Below the pieces are notes generated by a model. It was not told the DNA's origin, made no database searches, and was given only the letters and a program-made list of their open reading frames with translations. Below, in pieces: positions 1 through 11,340 of a stretch of DNA of 64,000 nt (position 1 is the first letter of the stretch; every line of letters starts with the position of its first letter). Position numbers and translations under genes: made by a program. Origin of the DNA: Lachnospiraceae bacterium (GTDB lineage Bacteria; Bacillota; Clostridia; Lachnospirales; Lachnospiraceae); NCBI GenBank assembly GCA_022787145.1, contig JALFVM010000050.1, forward strand, positions 1,161 through 65,160, in the 5' to 3' direction.

Positions 1-24
1 AATAATACATCCAAAGCTATACAT

Positions 25-75
25 CAACAAAAAACCGGTGAAAAATCCCTGTTTGGAATCTTCCACCGGTTTTTC
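25..75 (-). terminator. Rho-independent terminator downstream of leuD
   Basis: Inverted repeat AAAACCGGTG (31-40) / CACCGGTTTT (64-73). On the minus strand the hairpin is followed by a TTTTTTGTTG run. Confidence 0.6.
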
Positions 76-90
76 AGCTTTCGCTATTCT

Positions 91-576
91 TTATTTGTTG
101 TTGATGTAATTAATCAAGCCCTCAGCAGCAATGATTTTCTGCATGAATTCCGGGAATGCCTGGCCCTTGAACTCTGTGCCTTTTGTCTTATTGTAGATCA
201 TTCCGCTATCAAAATCGATTTCTACTTCATCACCTGCGTCAATACCTTTTGCAGCTTCCGGACACTCGATGATCGGAAGTCCGATATTGATGGCATTGCG
301 GTAAAAGATACGTGCAAATGTCTCAGCGATGACACAGCTTACGCCTGCTGCCTTGATGGAAATCGGTGCATGCTCACGGGAAGAACCGCATCCGAAGTTC
401 TTGTTGGCAACAATAATATCGCCTTTGTTTACATTTTTCACAAAATCCTTATCAATGTCTTCCATGCAGTGTGTTGCAAGCTCGGCCGGATCTGAAGAAT
501 TCAGATAACGAGCCGGAATGATTACGTCTGTATCTACATTGTCACCATATTTAAATACTCTTCCGTTGGCCTTCAT
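91..576 (-). CDS. leuD: 3-isopropylmalate dehydratase small subunit
   Basis: 161-aa aconitase swivel-domain protein ([10 protein letters not shown] motif) directly downstream of leuC. AGGAGG RBS lies before the ATG at 576. Confidence 0.93.
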   Translation of the reverse strand: MKANGRVFKYGDNVDTDVIIPARYLNSSDPAELATHCMEDIDKDFVKNVNKGDIIVANKNFGCGSSREHAPISIKAAGVSCVIAETFARIFYRNAINIGLPIIECPEAAKGIDAGDEVEIDFDSGMIYNKTKGTEFKGQAFPEFMQKIIAAEGLINYINNK

Positions 577-588
577 CGATCTTTCCTC

Positions 589-1857
589 CTATAATCCAAG
601 TTCCGCCGGTGCTGAAATTTTACCGGTTACCGCACTGGCAGCTGCCACAGCCGGGCTTGCCAGATAAATTTCAGAATCCACATGTCCCATACGTCCTACA
701 AAGTTACGGTTTGTTGTGGAAATACATCTCTCATTTGCAGCCAGAATTCCCATATAACCGCCAAGGCAAGGTCCACAGGTCGGTGTACTTACTACTGCAC
801 CTGCCTCAATGAAGATTTTCAGAAGACCTTCTTCCATCGCCTGCAGATAAATTGCCTGTGTTGCAGGAATCACGATGCAACGAACACCTTTCTTTACTTT
901 TCTGCCTTTGAGAATCTCGGCTGCACATCTTAAGTCGTCAATACGTCCGTTTGTACAGGATCCAATCACCGCCTGGTCGATCACTACATCGCTTGTGATC
1001 TCGCTGATAGTCTTTGTATTCTCTGGAAGATGCGGGAATGCGATTGTCGGCTCCAGAGTGCTCAGATCAATGGTGTACTCCTCGTCATAAACAGCATCCT
1101 CATCTGCCTCATATACGGTAAACGGTCTCTGAGAATGCTCTTTCATATAGGCAACAGCCACTTCGTCTACCGGGAAGATACCGTTCTTTCCACCAGCCTC
1201 GATTGCCATATTTGCGATTGTAAAACGGTCATCCATGGTCAGGTTCTTAATTCCCTCACCAACGAATTCCATAGATTTGTAGAGTGCTCCGTCCACACCG
1301 ATTTTTCCGATGATGTGAAGGATCACATCCTTTCCGCTCACCCATTTGGATGGTTTGCCAACAATATTGAATTTGATGGCAGAAGGCACTTTAAACCATG
1401 CTTTTCCAGTTGCCATTCCGGCTGCCATATCGGTACTTCCCACACCTGTGGAGAAAGCACCAAGCGCGCCATATGTACAGGTATGAGAGTCCGCACCGAT
1501 GATCACATCTCCGGCAACCGTCAGTCCTTTTTCCGGAAGGAGTGCATGCTCAATCCCCATCTGTCCTACGTCAAAATAATTCGTAATTTCATGCTTGCAC
1601 GCAAACTCTCTTACACATTTACAATGCTCTGCTGATTTAATGTCTTTGTTTGGAATAAAGTGATCCATAACAAGCGCTATCTTGTCTTTGTCAAACACTT
1701 TATCCTCTGTCATTTTATCCATTTCATGAATGGCAACTGGAGATGTAATATCATTTCCCAGTACCAAATCCAAATCTGCCTCAATTAACTGACCGGCTTC
1801 TACTTTGTCCAGTCCGGCATGAGCAGCCAGGATTTTCTGCGTCATTGTCATTCCCAT
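589..1857 (-). CDS. leuC: 3-isopropylmalate dehydratase large subunit
   Basis: Aconitase-family motifs [10 protein letters not shown] and IGSCTNGR, paired with leuD. The ATG at 1857 (MGMTMTQK) has GGAGGA 7 nt upstream. The ORF-track start at 1872 has no RBS. Confidence 0.92.
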   Translation of the reverse strand: MGMTMTQKILAAHAGLDKVEAGQLIEADLDLVLGNDITSPVAIHEMDKMTEDKVFDKDKIALVMDHFIPNKDIKSAEHCKCVREFACKHEITNYFDVGQMGIEHALLPEKGLTVAGDVIIGADSHTCTYGALGAFSTGVGSTDMAAGMATGKAWFKVPSAIKFNIVGKPSKWVSGKDVILHIIGKIGVDGALYKSMEFVGEGIKNLTMDDRFTIANMAIEAGGKNGIFPVDEVAVAYMKEHSQRPFTVYEADEDAVYDEEYTIDLSTLEPTIAFPHLPENTKTISEITSDVVIDQAVIGSCTNGRIDDLRCAAEILKGRKVKKGVRCIVIPATQAIYLQAMEEGLLKIFIEAGAVVSTPTCGPCLGGYMGILAANERCISTTNRNFVGRMGHVDSEIYLASPAVAAASAVTGKISAPAELGL

Positions 1858-1895
1858 GATTCTATCCTCCATTATATGTCTATATGTCTATATTG

Positions 1896-1934
1896 AATGA
1901 AAACCCTGAACCAAATATTCTTCTGATTCAGGGC
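1896..1934 (-). terminator. Hairpin plus U-run between ilvC and leuC (terminator/attenuator)
   Basis: Minus strand reads CCCTGAATC-loop-GGTTCAGGG followed by TTTTCATTC, about 65 nt after the ilvC stop. Confidence 0.55.
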
Positions 1935-2001
1935 CTTCCATTTTTTAAATTAAGAACAAATTCTCAAAATAAACATTTTTAATTGTGATTTGAGGAAACG
2001 A

Positions 2002-3033
<1,032 letters not shown>

Positions 3034-3096
3034 CTAAATGTATAAAAATAAAATAATGGTATATATAGTTAAGGGTTTTGTCCCCTAGCTGCTGAA

Positions 3097-3594
3097 TTAT
3101 AAAAAGCGAACATCGTCTGCGCCTCTGGACAGACCTGTCAGACCGGTTCTTGCCAACTCCAGAATCTCATATCCCTCCAACAGACTGATAAACGCTTCCA
3201 GTTTGCTCTTGTCTCCGGTCAACTCTACGATCAGGGAATCTTTACCGATATCCACAATCTTTGCGCGGAAAACATCAGCGATGGAAATTACATTCTGTCT
3301 TTCTGCAACTCCGGCTTTGATTTTCACCAGAATCAACTCTCTGTTGACGCTGTTTCCAGGAGCCAGAACTTTAATATCTCTTACATCCACCAGTTTCTCA
3401 AGCTGTTTTGTAATCTGTTCCAAAATCAGTTCATCTCCGCTGCATACCACTGTCATTCTGGAAAACTTCGGGTCTGCAGTCACACCAACAGTCAGGCTGT
3501 CGATGTTGTATCCACGACGGCTGAACAATCCTGCCACACGGCTCAATACACCGGCAGTATTATCTACAAGTATTGATAAAATTCTCTGTTCCAT
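3097..3594 (-). CDS. ilvN: Acetolactate synthase small (regulatory) subunit
   Basis: 165 aa. ACT domain ILSILVDNTAGVLSRVAGLFSRRGYNIDSLTV followed by the AHAS small-subunit C-terminal domain. Confidence 0.9.
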   Translation of the reverse strand: MEQRILSILVDNTAGVLSRVAGLFSRRGYNIDSLTVGVTADPKFSRMTVVCSGDELILEQITKQLEKLVDVRDIKVLAPGNSVNRELILVKIKAGVAERQNVISIADVFRAKIVDIGKDSLIVELTGDKSKLEAFISLLEGYEILELARTGLTGLSRGADDVRFL

Positions 3595-3710
3595 ATGTAC
3601 ACTCCTTATTGATATCCAAATATCTTCTCTATTCTATCAAGTTCATTTTGCTTTGTCAATGCAGTTTAATAAATTGTTTCTATTCGCATACGATTCTTTT
3701 GCGGAAATAT

Positions 3711-4748
3711 TTACACCAGATATCGTTTTTTCAGATTTGTAAGATTCGCTGCTGTCAGGCACATGGCACGGCGAAGATAATGCTCCATCGAACCATACTC
3801 TGACTCAATCGTACTGATGGCACTTTGCAGATAGCATTCTTTTGCACTCATGACCGCCCGCATTTTTTCGATTGCGTCGTCGGGCACATCCTTCGATTTC
3901 ATCAGCCGGCACAAATATTCCATTTCTTTACTCTGGCAGGTATTTGTGCGCATATAATCATCCATAATCTTACCTCTTGGCACACCAAGCGCATAGAGAA
4001 GCAGCATCGTTGCAATTCCGACTCTGTCTTTTCCCACACTGCAGTGCCATAAAATCGCATGACCTTCCTCATTGTCAATCAGATGCTGAAAGAATCGTGC
4101 ATAATAATATTGGGAATTTCGGTCCAGCACAATTTTCTGATACAGACTCATCATATAAGCGTCCGGATTATCTCCAAGCTGCATGAGCATATCCATCGGA
4201 GACATCTCTCTGGTAATGCCAAGCATCGCTTCCTCAAAAATAGGGTTCTTCACATAGGTGACTCCGTCTATCACCGTATCCGGCTTCTGCATCTGCTCCT
4301 GCTCCGTCCGAAAATCAAGAACCGTTGCCAGATGATATTCACTCTGAAGAACCGATGCGTCTTCTGCCGACAGATGATACAATTCTCCGCTTCGAATCAA
4401 TTGATAAGGAAGAATCTTTCTTCCATCATTGGTCGTCATGCCGCCGAGATCTCTGGTATTGAAAACGCTGTTCAAAGGCAAGGGTTTTCCCTTGGGATAT
4501 CCAACGATCAAGTCCTTGTGATTTTCCTTCAGGAAGGAAATACAGGATGCTGCCTCTGCCTGTGTCATCTCAAACTGATATCGCTTCTGCATCTTTGTCA
4601 ATATAACAACAGAAGCGTCCTTCGTCTCCTCTCTGCTGTCAGTCACATAGTAAGCCCACCTGATGTCTTTGCACGGAATCAGACAGGATTTCATCATTTT
4701 GGAAAATCTCACTTCGCCATTCTCTACTTTTATCTTTCCAAAACGCAT
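3711..4748 (-). CDS. Protein-tyrosine phosphatase family protein with about 90-aa N-terminal extra domain
   Basis: CX5R active-site loop HCSVGKDRVG and NTRDLGG motif typical of the Y_phosphatase3-type family. GGAGGG RBS. Confidence 0.75.
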   Translation of the reverse strand: MRFGKIKVENGEVRFSKMMKSCLIPCKDIRWAYYVTDSREETKDASVVILTKMQKRYQFEMTQAEAASCISFLKENHKDLIVGYPKGKPLPLNSVFNTRDLGGMTTNDGRKILPYQLIRSGELYHLSAEDASVLQSEYHLATVLDFRTEQEQMQKPDTVIDGVTYVKNPIFEEAMLGITREMSPMDMLMQLGDNPDAYMMSLYQKIVLDRNSQYYYARFFQHLIDNEEGHAILWHCSVGKDRVGIATMLLLYALGVPRGKIMDDYMRTNTCQSKEMEYLCRLMKSKDVPDDAIEKMRAVMSAKECYLQSAISTIESEYGSMEHYLRRAMCLTAANLTNLKKRYLV

Positions 4749-4888
4749 AGTAAATCCCTCCTCTCAATATCTGCCATTGTATCACACTTCTTCCAAAACA
4801 AAAAGTCATCCGTCTCAGGAAAGTCATCTTTCATAAGACGGATGATTGCTGTTCACACGCCACTATTTTGTGAGGTGTCAAAAGGCTT

Positions 4889-5512
4889 CTATTCGCCCAG
4901 TTTGATTTTCATATATGCCTTGATAACCTCTCCGGTCTTCTCAAATCCAAGCTGGCTGCTGTCCAGGCATAGGTGATAATTTCTGGCATCTTCCCATTCT
5001 CTTCCCGTGTAATATTTATAAAATGCACCACGGTACTTATCGGTCTTTGCCACAAATTTCTCCAGTTCTTTTCCCTTCAAAGCCACACGTTCTGCCGCAC
5101 GCGCCAGACAATACTCTTTCGGTGCATGCACAAACACACTAATCAGGTTTTCATAATCCTTCAAAACAAAATCTGCACATCTTCCCACAATCACGCAGGA
5201 TTCTCTGGCAGCCAGATCTTTGATGATCTTCGCCTGATAGTAAAAAAGGTTTTCCGGAGAAACAAAGTCTTTGTCTCCCGGCGGGATCAGCTGACCATTG
5301 TAGATGTTTTTTGATATTCCGGTAAGAATTCCATTGCTGATTTTCTCATCATTGGCGTTAAAAAGTTCTTCTTTGATTCCGCTTTCATCGGAAGCCATAC
5401 GAAGAATTTCTCTGCTGTAACAATTCACCCCAAGCTCTTTCGCAAGATTTTCACCGATGGTCTTGCCACCGCTTCCAAACTGTCTGGAAATCGCAATTAC
5501 ATAGTTTTTCAT
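4889..5512 (-). CDS. Cytidylate kinase-like family protein
   Basis: P-loop-like AISRQFGSGGKTIG N-terminus, about 200 aa. The ATG at 5512 (MKNYVIAI) has AGGAGGG 6 nt upstream. The ORF-track start at 5530 would overlap livF. Confidence 0.7.
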   Translation of the reverse strand: MKNYVIAISRQFGSGGKTIGENLAKELGVNCYSREILRMASDESGIKEELFNANDEKISNGILTGISKNIYNGQLIPPGDKDFVSPENLFYYQAKIIKDLAARESCVIVGRCADFVLKDYENLISVFVHAPKEYCLARAAERVALKGKELEKFVAKTDKYRGAFYKYYTGREWEDARNYHLCLDSSQLGFEKTGEVIKAYMKIKLGE

Positions 5513-5522
5513 AGAATCCCTC

Positions 5523-6233
5523 CTATTCACCCAAATATGCCTTTTTGATAGAATCGTTGTTCATCAATTCCTTTGCATCGCCATCCAGTACAATATTACC
5601 AGTCTCCAGAACGTATGCTCTGTCTGCAATCGACAAAGCTTTCTTTGCATTCTGCTCTACCAGAAGAACCGTCGTTCCGCTGGCGCTGACCTCCTGAATA
5701 ATGTCGAAAATCTCATTTACAAAAATAGGTGACAGTCCCATGGAAGGTTCATCCATCAGAATAATCTTCGGATGAGACATGAGTGCGCGTCCCATGGCAA
5801 GCATCTGCTGCTCACCACCGCTTAACGTTCCTGCCATCTGATTTTTACGTTCTTCCAGTCGCGGAAAACGTTTATAAACAGTTGCCAGCGTATCTTCAAT
5901 CTCATTTTTATCTTTACGTGTGTAAGCACCCATTTTCAGATTTTCGTATACGGAAAGCTGTGCAAATACTCTTCGCCCTTCCGGTACGTGAGCCATTCCC
6001 ATGGACACGATTTTGTGGGCTGGTGTCTTGGTGATATCGTTTCCTTCAAACTCTATTTTACCATGTTTTGGCTGGATCAGTCCAGTAACTGTGTGCAAAA
6101 TTGTGGTTTTTCCGGCACCGTTTGCTCCGATCAGTGCAATGACCTCTCCCTGATTTACCTCAAAGGAAATGCCCTTGATTGCTTTGATCATACCATAGTA
6201 TACTTCCAAATCTGTAACTTTTAACATTGACAT
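5523..6233 (-). CDS. livF: Branched-chain amino acid ABC transporter ATP-binding protein
   Basis: Walker A GANGAGKTT, signature LSGGEQQ, Walker B ILMDEP. Last gene of the livJHMGF cluster. Confidence 0.9.
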   Translation of the reverse strand: MSMLKVTDLEVYYGMIKAIKGISFEVNQGEVIALIGANGAGKTTILHTVTGLIQPKHGKIEFEGNDITKTPAHKIVSMGMAHVPEGRRVFAQLSVYENLKMGAYTRKDKNEIEDTLATVYKRFPRLEERKNQMAGTLSGGEQQMLAMGRALMSHPKIILMDEPSMGLSPIFVNEIFDIIQEVSASGTTVLLVEQNAKKALSIADRAYVLETGNIVLDGDAKELMNNDSIKKAYLGE

Positions 6234-6246
6234 CCTGTATTCCCTC

Positions 6247-7005
6247 CTATTCTCCTAAGTAAGCCGTAATGACACGCGGATCATTGAGAACAGTGCTTGT
6301 GTCTCCCTGAGCCAGAACCTGACCGAAATTCAATACCGTCAGTTCCTCACAAATACCGCTTACCAGCTTCATATCATGCTCAATGAGAAGAATAGTCATC
6401 TTGAATTCATCCCGCACAAAACGGATGGTCTCCATCAGCTCTTTTGTCTCATTCGGATTCATACCTGCTGCCGGCTCATCGAGAAGGAGCAGCTTCGGGT
6501 CTGTCGCCAATGCTCTGGCAATCTCCAGCTTTCTCTGTTTTCCGTAAGGAAGGTTGGAAGCCAGGAAATCACATTCCTTATCCAGATCAAATACCTTTAA
6601 AAGCTCCATCGCTTTCTCGTTCATTTCTTTTTCCACTTTATAGTACTTCGGAAGACGTAAAATTCCTTCCAGCGTGCTGTAAGGATGGCCGTTGTGCAGG
6701 CCAACTTTTACATTATCCAATACAGACAAATCTTTAAAAAGACGAATATTCTGGAATGTTCTGGCAATACCGGCTTTGTTGATCTCAATCGTTTTCTTCC
6801 CGGTAATGTCTGTACCATCCAACAGAATCGAACCAGAATCCGGCTTATACACACCAGTCAACAGGTTAAATACCGTTGTCTTACCGGCACCGTTTGGTCC
6901 GATCAGTCCGTAAAGCTGTCCCTGTTCAATCGATACGCTAAATCCATCTACCGCACGAAGGCCGCCAAAGGAGATGCCCAGATTTTTTACTTCCAATAAT
7001 GCCAT
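6247..7005 (-). CDS. livG: Branched-chain amino acid ABC transporter ATP-binding protein
   Basis: Walker A GPNGAGKTT, Walker B LLLDEP, LivG-type C-terminal extension. The ATG at 7005 (MALLEVKNL) has GGAGG 9 nt upstream. The longer ORF-track start overlaps livM. Confidence 0.9.
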   Translation of the reverse strand: MALLEVKNLGISFGGLRAVDGFSVSIEQGQLYGLIGPNGAGKTTVFNLLTGVYKPDSGSILLDGTDITGKKTIEINKAGIARTFQNIRLFKDLSVLDNVKVGLHNGHPYSTLEGILRLPKYYKVEKEMNEKAMELLKVFDLDKECDFLASNLPYGKQRKLEIARALATDPKLLLLDEPAAGMNPNETKELMETIRFVRDEFKMTILLIEHDMKLVSGICEELTVLNFGQVLAQGDTSTVLNDPRVITAYLGE

Positions 7006-7006
7006 A

Positions 7007-8077
7007 TTACTTGTCCTCCTTTGCTGCATTCTTCTTGCCAAATAATGCTTTTGGTGAATATTTTATCAAAATTGCCTTGGCCTTCGGATTCCAGTTCAGA
7101 ATCATCATCACAATCAAAACGATTGCATAAATCAGCATACGATAATCATTCAGACCTCTCAAAAGCTCTGGAAGCAATGTCAGAATCACTGCCGCAATGA
7201 TGGAACCGCGAATGCTTCCAATACCACCCAGAACGACAAATACAAGAATCGTGATGGACATATTGTAACCAAAGTTCTTAGGAAGAGCTGTAAGTGTGGA
7301 CAGGTTGTGGGCATACAGAACACCTGCCATACCTGCGAGTGCTGCGGAAACAGAAAATGCAAGCAATTTATATTTTGTGATATCAATTCCCACAGATTCT
7401 GCTGCAATACGGTTGTCACGGATTGCCATGATGGCACGGCCGGTTCTGGAATTGATCATATTCAGCACAATCACCAGAGTCAGAAGAATCAAAATCACGC
7501 CAATTGTAAATGTTGCATCCTTCGGTGTTCCGGAAATTCCCTGCGGTCCTTTGACAATTGCCTCTCCTCCCTCAGCGAGGTTCAAAGACATTGTATCTTT
7601 CGTAGAAAAATGAAAACCATTGCTGTCTCTTCCCACGAATAATACATTTATGACATTCTTGATGATTTCGCCAAATGCCAGTGTTACAATTGCCAGATAA
7701 TCTCCGTACAGACGCAGTACAGGAATACCGATCAGAATTCCAAATACGGCAGCTACCAGCGCGCCAATCAAAAGAGCCAGCAGAAAGCGCAGTCCATCCG
7801 GAAGCACTCCGTTTGTGCATTTGGAGAAAAACGCACCGGAAAATGCACCGACACACATGAAACCGGCATGACCAAGACTCAGTTCTCCCAGAATACCAAC
7901 CGTCAGGTTCAAAGAAACTGCCAGGATTACATAAATACAAAGCGGCACAAGAAGACCCTGAAGCAGACTAGAGAGATTTCCTGTCATAATCATTACCTGA
8001 ACGATCAGATATACAGCCAGCACCATGCCATATGTAATAAAATTGCTTTTTGTTGTTTTACTCATTGTTTTCTTCAT
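7007..8077 (-). CDS. livM: Branched-chain amino acid ABC transporter permease
   Basis: 356-aa polytopic membrane protein between livH and livG, with LivM-like hydrophobic pattern. Confidence 0.85.
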   Translation of the reverse strand: MKKTMSKTTKSNFITYGMVLAVYLIVQVMIMTGNLSSLLQGLLVPLCIYVILAVSLNLTVGILGELSLGHAGFMCVGAFSGAFFSKCTNGVLPDGLRFLLALLIGALVAAVFGILIGIPVLRLYGDYLAIVTLAFGEIIKNVINVLFVGRDSNGFHFSTKDTMSLNLAEGGEAIVKGPQGISGTPKDATFTIGVILILLTLVIVLNMINSRTGRAIMAIRDNRIAAESVGIDITKYKLLAFSVSAALAGMAGVLYAHNLSTLTALPKNFGYNMSITILVFVVLGGIGSIRGSIIAAVILTLLPELLRGLNDYRMLIYAIVLIVMMILNWNPKAKAILIKYSPKALFGKKNAAKEDK

Positions 8078-8088
8078 TTCTTTCTCAC

Positions 8089-8970
8089 CTACACCTTCTC
8101 ATTAATCTTCTTACCCATGATACCGGTAGGTTTCACAAGAAGAACAATAATCAGTACACTGAATACGATTGCATCTGATAACTGAGAAGAGATATAAGCC
8201 TTCGATAATATCTCAATAACTCCGAGAAGAATTCCTCCAATCATCGCTCCCGGAATTGAACCAATACCGCCGAATACGGCAGCCACAAATGCCTTGATAC
8301 CAGGCATGGAACCAGTATAAGGATTCAAAGTCGGATATGCAGAGCACAAAAGTGCACCTGCAACTGCCGCAAGCGCAGATCCAATCGCAAATGTCAGACC
8401 AATCGTTCCGTTTACATTGATACCCATAAGCTGGGCAGCACCTTTATCCTCCGATACAGCCAGCATGGCCTGACCAGCCTTCGTTCTCTTAATGAAAACA
8501 GACAGTCCAACCATAATCACAATACCGGAAAGAATGGTTACGATCGCCTCTCCGGAGATATTGAGCTTTCCTCCTGCCAAAGACAGTCCGGAAAACGGAA
8601 CTACCGATGTAAACGATTTTGGATTTGCTCCGAACAGCAGCAATGCAACGTTCTGAAGCAGATAGCTGACACCGATTGCGGTGATCAGAACAGCCAGGGA
8701 TGGTGCCTCACGCAGAGGTTTATAGGCGATACGCTCAATCGTTACTCCAAGTACTGTACATACAATTACAGAAAGCAGTACTGCAAGAAGCGGCGGCATT
8801 CCGGCAGAACTTGCAGAAAAGAAAACTACATATCCACCGATCATAATAATGTCACCATGAGCAAAATTCAGCATCTTGGCAATACCATATACCATCGTAT
8901 AACCAAGTGCGATGATCGCATACACACTTCCAAGGCTTAAGCCATTGATTAAATATGATATGAAACTCAT
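8089..8970 (-). CDS. livH: Branched-chain amino acid ABC transporter permease
   Basis: 293-aa polytopic membrane protein with LivH-like N-terminus (LINGLSLGSVYAL-type). Confidence 0.85.
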   Translation of the reverse strand: MSFISYLINGLSLGSVYAIIALGYTMVYGIAKMLNFAHGDIIMIGGYVVFFSASSAGMPPLLAVLLSVIVCTVLGVTIERIAYKPLREAPSLAVLITAIGVSYLLQNVALLLFGANPKSFTSVVPFSGLSLAGGKLNISGEAIVTILSGIVIMVGLSVFIKRTKAGQAMLAVSEDKGAAQLMGINVNGTIGLTFAIGSALAAVAGALLCSAYPTLNPYTGSMPGIKAFVAAVFGGIGSIPGAMIGGILLGVIEILSKAYISSQLSDAIVFSVLIIVLLVKPTGIMGKKINEKV

Positions 8971-9053
8971 AATGCACCTCTTTCATCATTTTCTTACACT
9001 GCATCAATGCAACAGTGTTGTATGTAACCTATCATACACTAATCTAATCAAGA

Positions 9054-9093
9054 AAGCCAGAAGAAATTTGCCTTCTGCAATTTCTTCTGGCTT
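9054..9093 (-). terminator. Intra-operon hairpin between the binding-protein gene and livH (partial terminator/stabiliser)
   Basis: 14-bp perfect stem AAGCCAGAAGAAAT (9054-9067) / ATTTCTTCTGGCTT (9080-9093). T-rich tract follows on the minus strand. Confidence 0.5.
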
Positions 9094-9128
9094 TCCTTGC
9101 CAATTTCTATTGACGAATGATTCAATTT

Positions 9129-10325
9129 TTACATTGCTGTATAAGCGCCATCTTTGATCACAACAGCTTTTGGAGATTTGTTTGGCTCGCCATCTGCTGT
9201 CCATGTAATTCCGTCCTCGCCACCGGTAAGACCTTTCACATTAATCTCTGTCATTGCAGGTTTTACAGCTTCGCAGATATCAGAAGCACTCATATCCGGA
9301 GTCACTTCTGCTTTCTCAAATGCTGCTTTGATCGCATACATACCATCGTAAGCATCTGCTGCGAACTGGTTCGGAATATCGCCATATTTCTCTTTGTATG
9401 TGGATACAAATTTCTGAGTTGCCTCATCGTCTGCATCTGCTGCAAACGGTGTCAGAAGCATCACGCCCTCTGCCAGTGCTGTATCAAAGTTCTCCACTGT
9501 CAGAATACCATCCATACCATCACATCCGAAGAATGTAGGATCATATCCCATCTTGTCTGCCTGTCCAAGAATCAAAGCTGCCTCTGTGTAGTAAATTGGA
9601 AGGAATACAAGCTCTGCACCAGCATCTTTTGCTTTCTGAAGCTGTGTAGAAAAGTCTTTGTTGTTGTCTGCTGTAAATGCCTCTGCAGATACGATCTCAA
9701 ATTCCTGATTTGCTGCTTCTGCTGCAAATTTCTCATAGATACCGGAAGAATATACATCAGAGCTGTCATAAATAACGGCTACTTTGGAAGCCAGTTTATT
9801 CTCACCGATGTACTGCGCAGATGCTGCCCCCTGACCCGGGTCAGAGAAACATACACGGAATGCATTTTCTGCTGCAACACAGTCTACTGCGGATCCAGAT
9901 GGTGTCAGCAGAAACATGTTGTCGTTTGTAGCTTCCGCTGCAACTGCGATACATGGAGTCGATGTAACAGTTCCAAGAAGTGCCTGCATACCCCAGTCTT
10001 TCAGAGTATTGTAAGCGTTGACAGATTTCTCTGCGTCATGCTCGTCATCCTCAAATTTCATCTCTACCTGAGCACCGTTGATTCCGCCTGCTTCGTTGAT
10101 CTCGTTCACTGCAAGTTCCATCGCATTCTTTACAGCCTGTCCATAAATAGCTGCTGCTCCGGTTGTAGGTCCGATTCCACCGATTTTAAATACTTCACCA
10201 TCTGCGGATGCTTCTGTGGAAGAAGCACTGTCAGATGCTGCCTTGTCGCCGCCGCATCCTGCAAGAGAGCCGACAGTCAGCACACCTGCGAGTAACAGGC
10301 TTAAAAATTTTGTTGATTTCTTCAT
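9129..10325 (-). CDS. Branched-chain amino acid ABC transporter substrate-binding lipoprotein
   Basis: Signal peptide with lipobox LAGC, type-I periplasmic-binding-protein fold, heads the liv cluster. The ATG at 10325 (MKKSTKF) has AGGAGGAG upstream. Confidence 0.88.
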   Translation of the reverse strand: MKKSTKFLSLLLAGVLTVGSLAGCGGDKAASDSASSTEASADGEVFKIGGIGPTTGAAAIYGQAVKNAMELAVNEINEAGGINGAQVEMKFEDDEHDAEKSVNAYNTLKDWGMQALLGTVTSTPCIAVAAEATNDNMFLLTPSGSAVDCVAAENAFRVCFSDPGQGAASAQYIGENKLASKVAVIYDSSDVYSSGIYEKFAAEAANQEFEIVSAEAFTADNNKDFSTQLQKAKDAGAELVFLPIYYTEAALILGQADKMGYDPTFFGCDGMDGILTVENFDTALAEGVMLLTPFAADADDEATQKFVSTYKEKYGDIPNQFAADAYDGMYAIKAAFEKAEVTPDMSASDICEAVKPAMTEINVKGLTGGEDGITWTADGEPNKSPKAVVIKDGAYTAM

Positions 10326-10360
10326 TTCCTCTCCTCCTTTTTCTTTCAAAAGATTATTTA

Positions 10361-10389
10361 ATGATAGCTCAACACCCTATATTTGTCAA
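10361..10389 (-). promoter_or_regulatory. Sigma-70-type promoter for the liv operon
   Basis: Minus strand reads TTGACA (10389-10384), 17 nt, TATCAT (10366-10361), about 35 nt upstream of the livJ-like start. Confidence 0.5.
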
Positions 10390-10428
10390 GTTACATTGCC
10401 ATAATGAAAGGCTTTTTCTTCCATATCT

Positions 10429-10749
10429 CTAGGAAAGAGAAGAGGCTGCTGCCTTATCCAATTTTACATTTCTAAAATACAGTGCCATGTCCACCGTGAT
10501 TTCCAGAATATTCAGCACATAAAAGAACCAACTCAGATAAAACAGCCAGTCCAGAGTGGTTCCTGTTGTCAGTGCCTGCTGCCAAAGGATTACCTTTCTT
10601 GTGATTCCGAATATGTATCCGATCCAGATAAAAAATTCAAAAAACAGGCTTTTTCCTTTGGCAGTTCTGGATACCCAGGACTTGCGGATGGAAATCGGCC
10701 AGGAAAGTCCAAAACATAAAATCATCAGTGCTTCTAATAAATCCGTCAT
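10429..10749 (-). CDS. Small 3-TM membrane protein (SemiSWEET/PQ-loop-like topology)
   Basis: 106 aa with three hydrophobic segments. The basic loop after TM1 (SWPISIRKSWVSRTAKGK) resembles the PQ-loop region. Function unassigned. Confidence 0.4.
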   Translation of the reverse strand: MTDLLEALMILCFGLSWPISIRKSWVSRTAKGKSLFFEFFIWIGYIFGITRKVILWQQALTTGTTLDWLFYLSWFFYVLNILEITVDMALYFRNVKLDKAAASSLS

Positions 10750-10781
10750 TTCTTTTCTCCATTCCTTTTGGTTTTTTCTTT

Positions 10782-11339
10782 TTATTTGTGTTTTGCCAGA
10801 TACTCGGCTCTTCCCTCCTCATAGAGATTGTTGCCCTCACTGTCAATGATGACAACAAGCGGCATATCTTCCACATAAAGTTTTCTCAGTGCCTCCGCAC
10901 CCAGATCTTCATAAGCGATCAGCTCTGCCTTCTTGATGCATTTTGCAAGAAGCGCGCCCGCTCCTCCGATTGCACCAAAATAAACACCACTGTACTGCTT
11001 CATTGCTTCCACCACTTCCGGAAGACGCGCGCCTTTTCCGATCATGCCTCTCGCACCTACGGACATCATCGTCGGTGCATAAGCGTCCATACGTCCACTT
11101 GTTGTCGGTCCGGCAGAACCGATGACCTGTCCAGGTTTGGCCGGTGTCGGTCCTACATAATAAATGGTTGCGTCAGTCGGGTCAAAGGGAAGTTCTTTCC
11201 CTTCTGCCAGTGCCTCGCACATTCTCTTGTGTCCGGCATCACGTGATGTATAAATCGTGCCGGTCAGCAGGACTCTGTCTCCTGCATGAAGTGTTTTTGC
11301 CAGTTCCTCGGTAAGAGGGAGTGTAATTTTCTTTTCCAT
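10782..11339 (-). CDS. Fe-S hydro-lyase beta subunit (class I fumarate hydratase / tartrate dehydratase type)
   Basis: 185-aa beta-type subunit immediately downstream (1-nt gap) of the alpha subunit. GPTTSGRMD motif. Confidence 0.85.
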   Translation of the reverse strand: MEKKITLPLTEELAKTLHAGDRVLLTGTIYTSRDAGHKRMCEALAEGKELPFDPTDATIYYVGPTPAKPGQVIGSAGPTTSGRMDAYAPTMMSVGARGMIGKGARLPEVVEAMKQYSGVYFGAIGGAGALLAKCIKKAELIAYEDLGAEALRKLYVEDMPLVVIIDSEGNNLYEEGRAEYLAKHK

Positions 11340-11340
11340 C

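Noticed and set aside
4639-4827. 62-aa minus-strand ORF spanning the phosphatase start region
   Set aside because: It overlaps the 5' end of the phosphatase gene in another frame and has no RBS or conservation signal.
9117-10295. 392-aa Cys-rich ORF on the plus strand
   Set aside because: It is entirely antisense to the well-supported substrate-binding lipoprotein gene. It has no RBS, and its skewed composition (Cys, Phe, Leu, Arg) is typical of a shadow frame.
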